NCBI GenBank assembly: GCA_030265395.1
Contig: JARFYF010000061.1
Location: forward strand, 18,754,257 to 18,818,256
Direction of reading: 5' to 3'
Length of the DNA stretch: 64,000 nt
From: Rhina ancylostomus
Lineage: Eukaryota
Positions 61,197 through 64,000 of the stretch are shown here, in pieces. The notes below the pieces were generated by a model. That model was not told the DNA's origin, ran no database searches, and saw nothing but the letters and a program-made list of their open reading frames with translations. Position 1 is the stretch's first letter. Each line of letters begins with the position of its first letter. The position numbers were made by a program, and so were the translations under genes.

Positions 61197-63129
61197 AAAG
61201 TAATGAGAGCAGGAGAAGAAAAGTAAATACAAATAATAAGTGAGCTTACAATAGAAACCAGGAAAAATAGTGACTACTACCCTCCACCCACCTCGTCAAG
61301 CATCTCCCGTCCCCTCTGAGGCAGTCTATGGTTCATCAGCAACCCCAGAACCCACTGAACTAGATTGGAAGCAAGTCATCCTTGAGGGACAGTTGAAGAA
61401 GACAAGCAGAAAAAAAGAGGCTAAATTTCAAAAAGCAGAAGAAATTAAGGGAGAGAAAAAGTTGCCAAAGCACTAGAAATTGGGTAAAAGGAACATTCTG
61501 AGCTGCAGATAAATATTTTGTTGCTTACTTTGGGTTCTTGTTAATTCCTTTCCCATTACTGCTAAACATCTATGCAATAAATTAGATGTTCAATAGAATC
61601 CCTTTTAACCATTCACTAATTGAGAGATAGAAGCTGTTGCTATTGCGATTATTTCAGCAATCAATGCATTTTAAACAAATTCCTCTCTGCTGTTCTAATG
61701 GGAGTGATGAACCAATTCAAATAAACAAATGAGTGCTTCTGCTCACATTGCTGAAGGAGGAATCTCATGCAACCAGTTTAAGCATTGGTAAGCTAAGACC
61801 TTTAGTATTATAATTGCTGTTGTTCCAATGAGGTTGTAACAGTGATGAGAGATTGCCAAACAAGTGCCCTCATTTGCTTTATGGTCAAAACACCAAAGTT
61901 GAGGAAAGTTCTTACCACTTGGAAATGAAACTGCTGTTCTAAAATTGTAAGAGACGCTCAGTGGCAATAGCTGTAAATGCTCCTAATATGTGTAAGTAAG
62001 TGTACTGATCAGCTCAACCCATGTCACAGCCTTCGGCAATGTGTGCAGGTGGTCGATTGCCTCACTTAAAAAGGTTAACCTAGAGTGAACACACAGGCTC
62101 TAACTCTGAATAGGGGAAGCACCCAGGGAGCCTGTAACAATAAGCAAATAATGAAACAAACCTGACCATGGTTAAATACATAAAGTGATGAAGATTCACG
62201 GATCTCTGGCATTGAACAAGGGAAATAAAGGAACTTACCCAGCTAGAGCACAGCTGTCATTAGGCTTGTGTTAGTTCAGGGGAAGGTATGTTAGGCTGGC
62301 TGCCATTTTGATTAACTCAGAGCTAACCTCTCAATTCACATAAAGAGGATCAAAAGACACATACTTTAATCCACATCCTGCTGTTGGTTCATAATGGGCT
62401 TCAAGTGAAATACAATATAGGACACAACATAGTTTTGGATAAAAAGTAAAGTAATTGACACATTTTCAATGATTTTAGAAAGATAGTGCATTAGCTGAAA
62501 ACAAATGCTCATTGAAAGTTTGCTTATAAAATTATTAAAAATGATATTCCTGCATTCTTCACAATTAGCAGTGCTGATGCTGGGCTATCTCAGCATTTCT
62601 TCACAGAGTGCTTTCAAAAAAATGAGTCCGTACCACATCCACTTTCATCTGCTTTGGGCTTCAAAGAAGTTTCACATTATCTACAAAGTAATGAAAGGCT
62701 TTCATTACCACGAATGGGGCTGCCTGTGTTCTTGAATGGTACTCTACAAACCAGAAATGGGCAAATCTCTTCGCCTTTGCCTGCATGCTTTGTCTAACTC
62801 CAAAGATGTTGAGGTGCTTTTAAAGAAAGCCATTCCATAAGCAAATTTGGGGTAGGATAATAGTAAAAGCTGTAACAGCTGGATAAATGAGGAAATGGTG
62901 AAGGACACTGAGAGTAATGCAAGTGAGGACAGAAGTGGTCAGTAACAGTAAGCATTTAGTGAGGGTAAGTGATAACGAATACACTAAATAGACTAAACAC
63001 TTAAACCCTTAAACTAAAAAAAACAAACATCTCATTTAAGTACTGCTCTGATCTGCATTTAACACATTGTCTTTAAGGAAAAGTTAACTAACCTTGCACC
63101 TAAATGTAACCTTTTAAAGATTGTTTTTA

Positions 63130-63740
63130 TTGCATATAAAAATATTGATTAGTAAGGCATGTACAAAAAACATGTTAATAAATTTCAGTGGATCTACAAT
63201 ATATTAGACATGTTCCATATCAAACATATTAGTGAACTCTCAGTGTATATTTAACTAGCCAGTAAATCTTCAGTGTAGATAACACATGCTTGCACAGTCA
63301 CAGTTTCTGCAGCCTGTGAGTGACTTTCCAATGTAGCTGGGAACTGCCTGTAAATCTGCATCCTACACGATATATGCTCTGCATAGCCAGTACTCATGTA
63401 ACATGTTAGCAAATGCCAGGGTGTATGAAGCATGTTCGTAAATCCTCACTATATATATATATATATATATATAAAGCATCAGTAAACCTTCAGTGTGTAA
63501 TAAAATATGTTGTTGAAACATTCACAACTTAATGGATCCTTAGCATATACAAACCTTGTTAGAAAATTTTCAGTATAAATAAAGCATGCTATTCAGTCCT
63601 CGGTGAATATAAAATCTGGCAATAAATCTGTCGGGCATATAAAACATGCTGATAAATCATGTGTGTGTGGAAAAAATACAGTAGTTCCTTAATCTACATA
63701 AAACAGGCAAATAGGTCCTTACTATGTAAATATCTTGAAA
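63130..63740. repeat. Degenerate minisatellite of about 30-32 bp with an embedded (TA)n run at 63450-63473
   Basis: Recurring unit approximating ataaaacatgctagtaaatcttcagtgtat; interrupted by dissimilar sequence at about 63290-63400. Confidence 0.7.
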
Positions 63741-64000
63741 TAGGATTGTTTTGTGTCACGTTTTAGTGTGTTACACAATCTAGCTTCAATGAAAGTGAAA
63801 TGTAATGTTGTGCAAAGACAATGATTCCTGTACTGGGTCCTGCATACACCTAATGTACTACTGCACAGTGGACCAAGACTCATCATAGGCCTCCATATCC
63901 TAATTTACATTCAAATGTTTGGCTGTGCTATCCACAGGTTGTTCATGAAGGAGCTTGTGAAGCTATCTTCTACCTGGTTTAAATAATCTTAAAGGATCTT

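Noticed and set aside
312-63433. ORF-track entries as real protein-coding genes
   Set aside because: All are short, lack recognisable host-protein motifs, span N gaps or map to decayed transposons; no multi-exon structure could be supported.
42338-63740. CRISPR-like arrays at 42338 or 63130
   Set aside because: No unique spacers between identical repeats, no cas genes, and a vertebrate context.

Overview
Vertebrate, AT-rich, essentially non-coding genomic DNA with many N gaps. The repeat content (HE1/V-SINE-like tRNA SINEs, DeuSINE-like elements, CR1, L2, RTE and Rex1-like LINE ends, Gypsy and Harbinger relics, Penelope-like fold-back elements) points to a cartilaginous fish, probably a ray or shark; this is an inference from repeat families recalled from memory. 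I found no intact protein-coding gene: the listed ORFs are chance ORFs, gap read-throughs or decayed transposon fragments. The most notable signal is a dispersed family of short Penelope-like insertions, some with fold-back arms and candidate TSDs, each carrying a degenerate minimal type-I hammerhead-ribozyme motif. Two of these copies share a non-canonical core base. Other points of interest are two long repeat-poor blocks with candidate enhancers (suggesting a gene desert or very large intron), a TATA plus triple-CCAAT cassette, and a possible non-coding exon. All family names come from motif recognition by eye; no searches were run.
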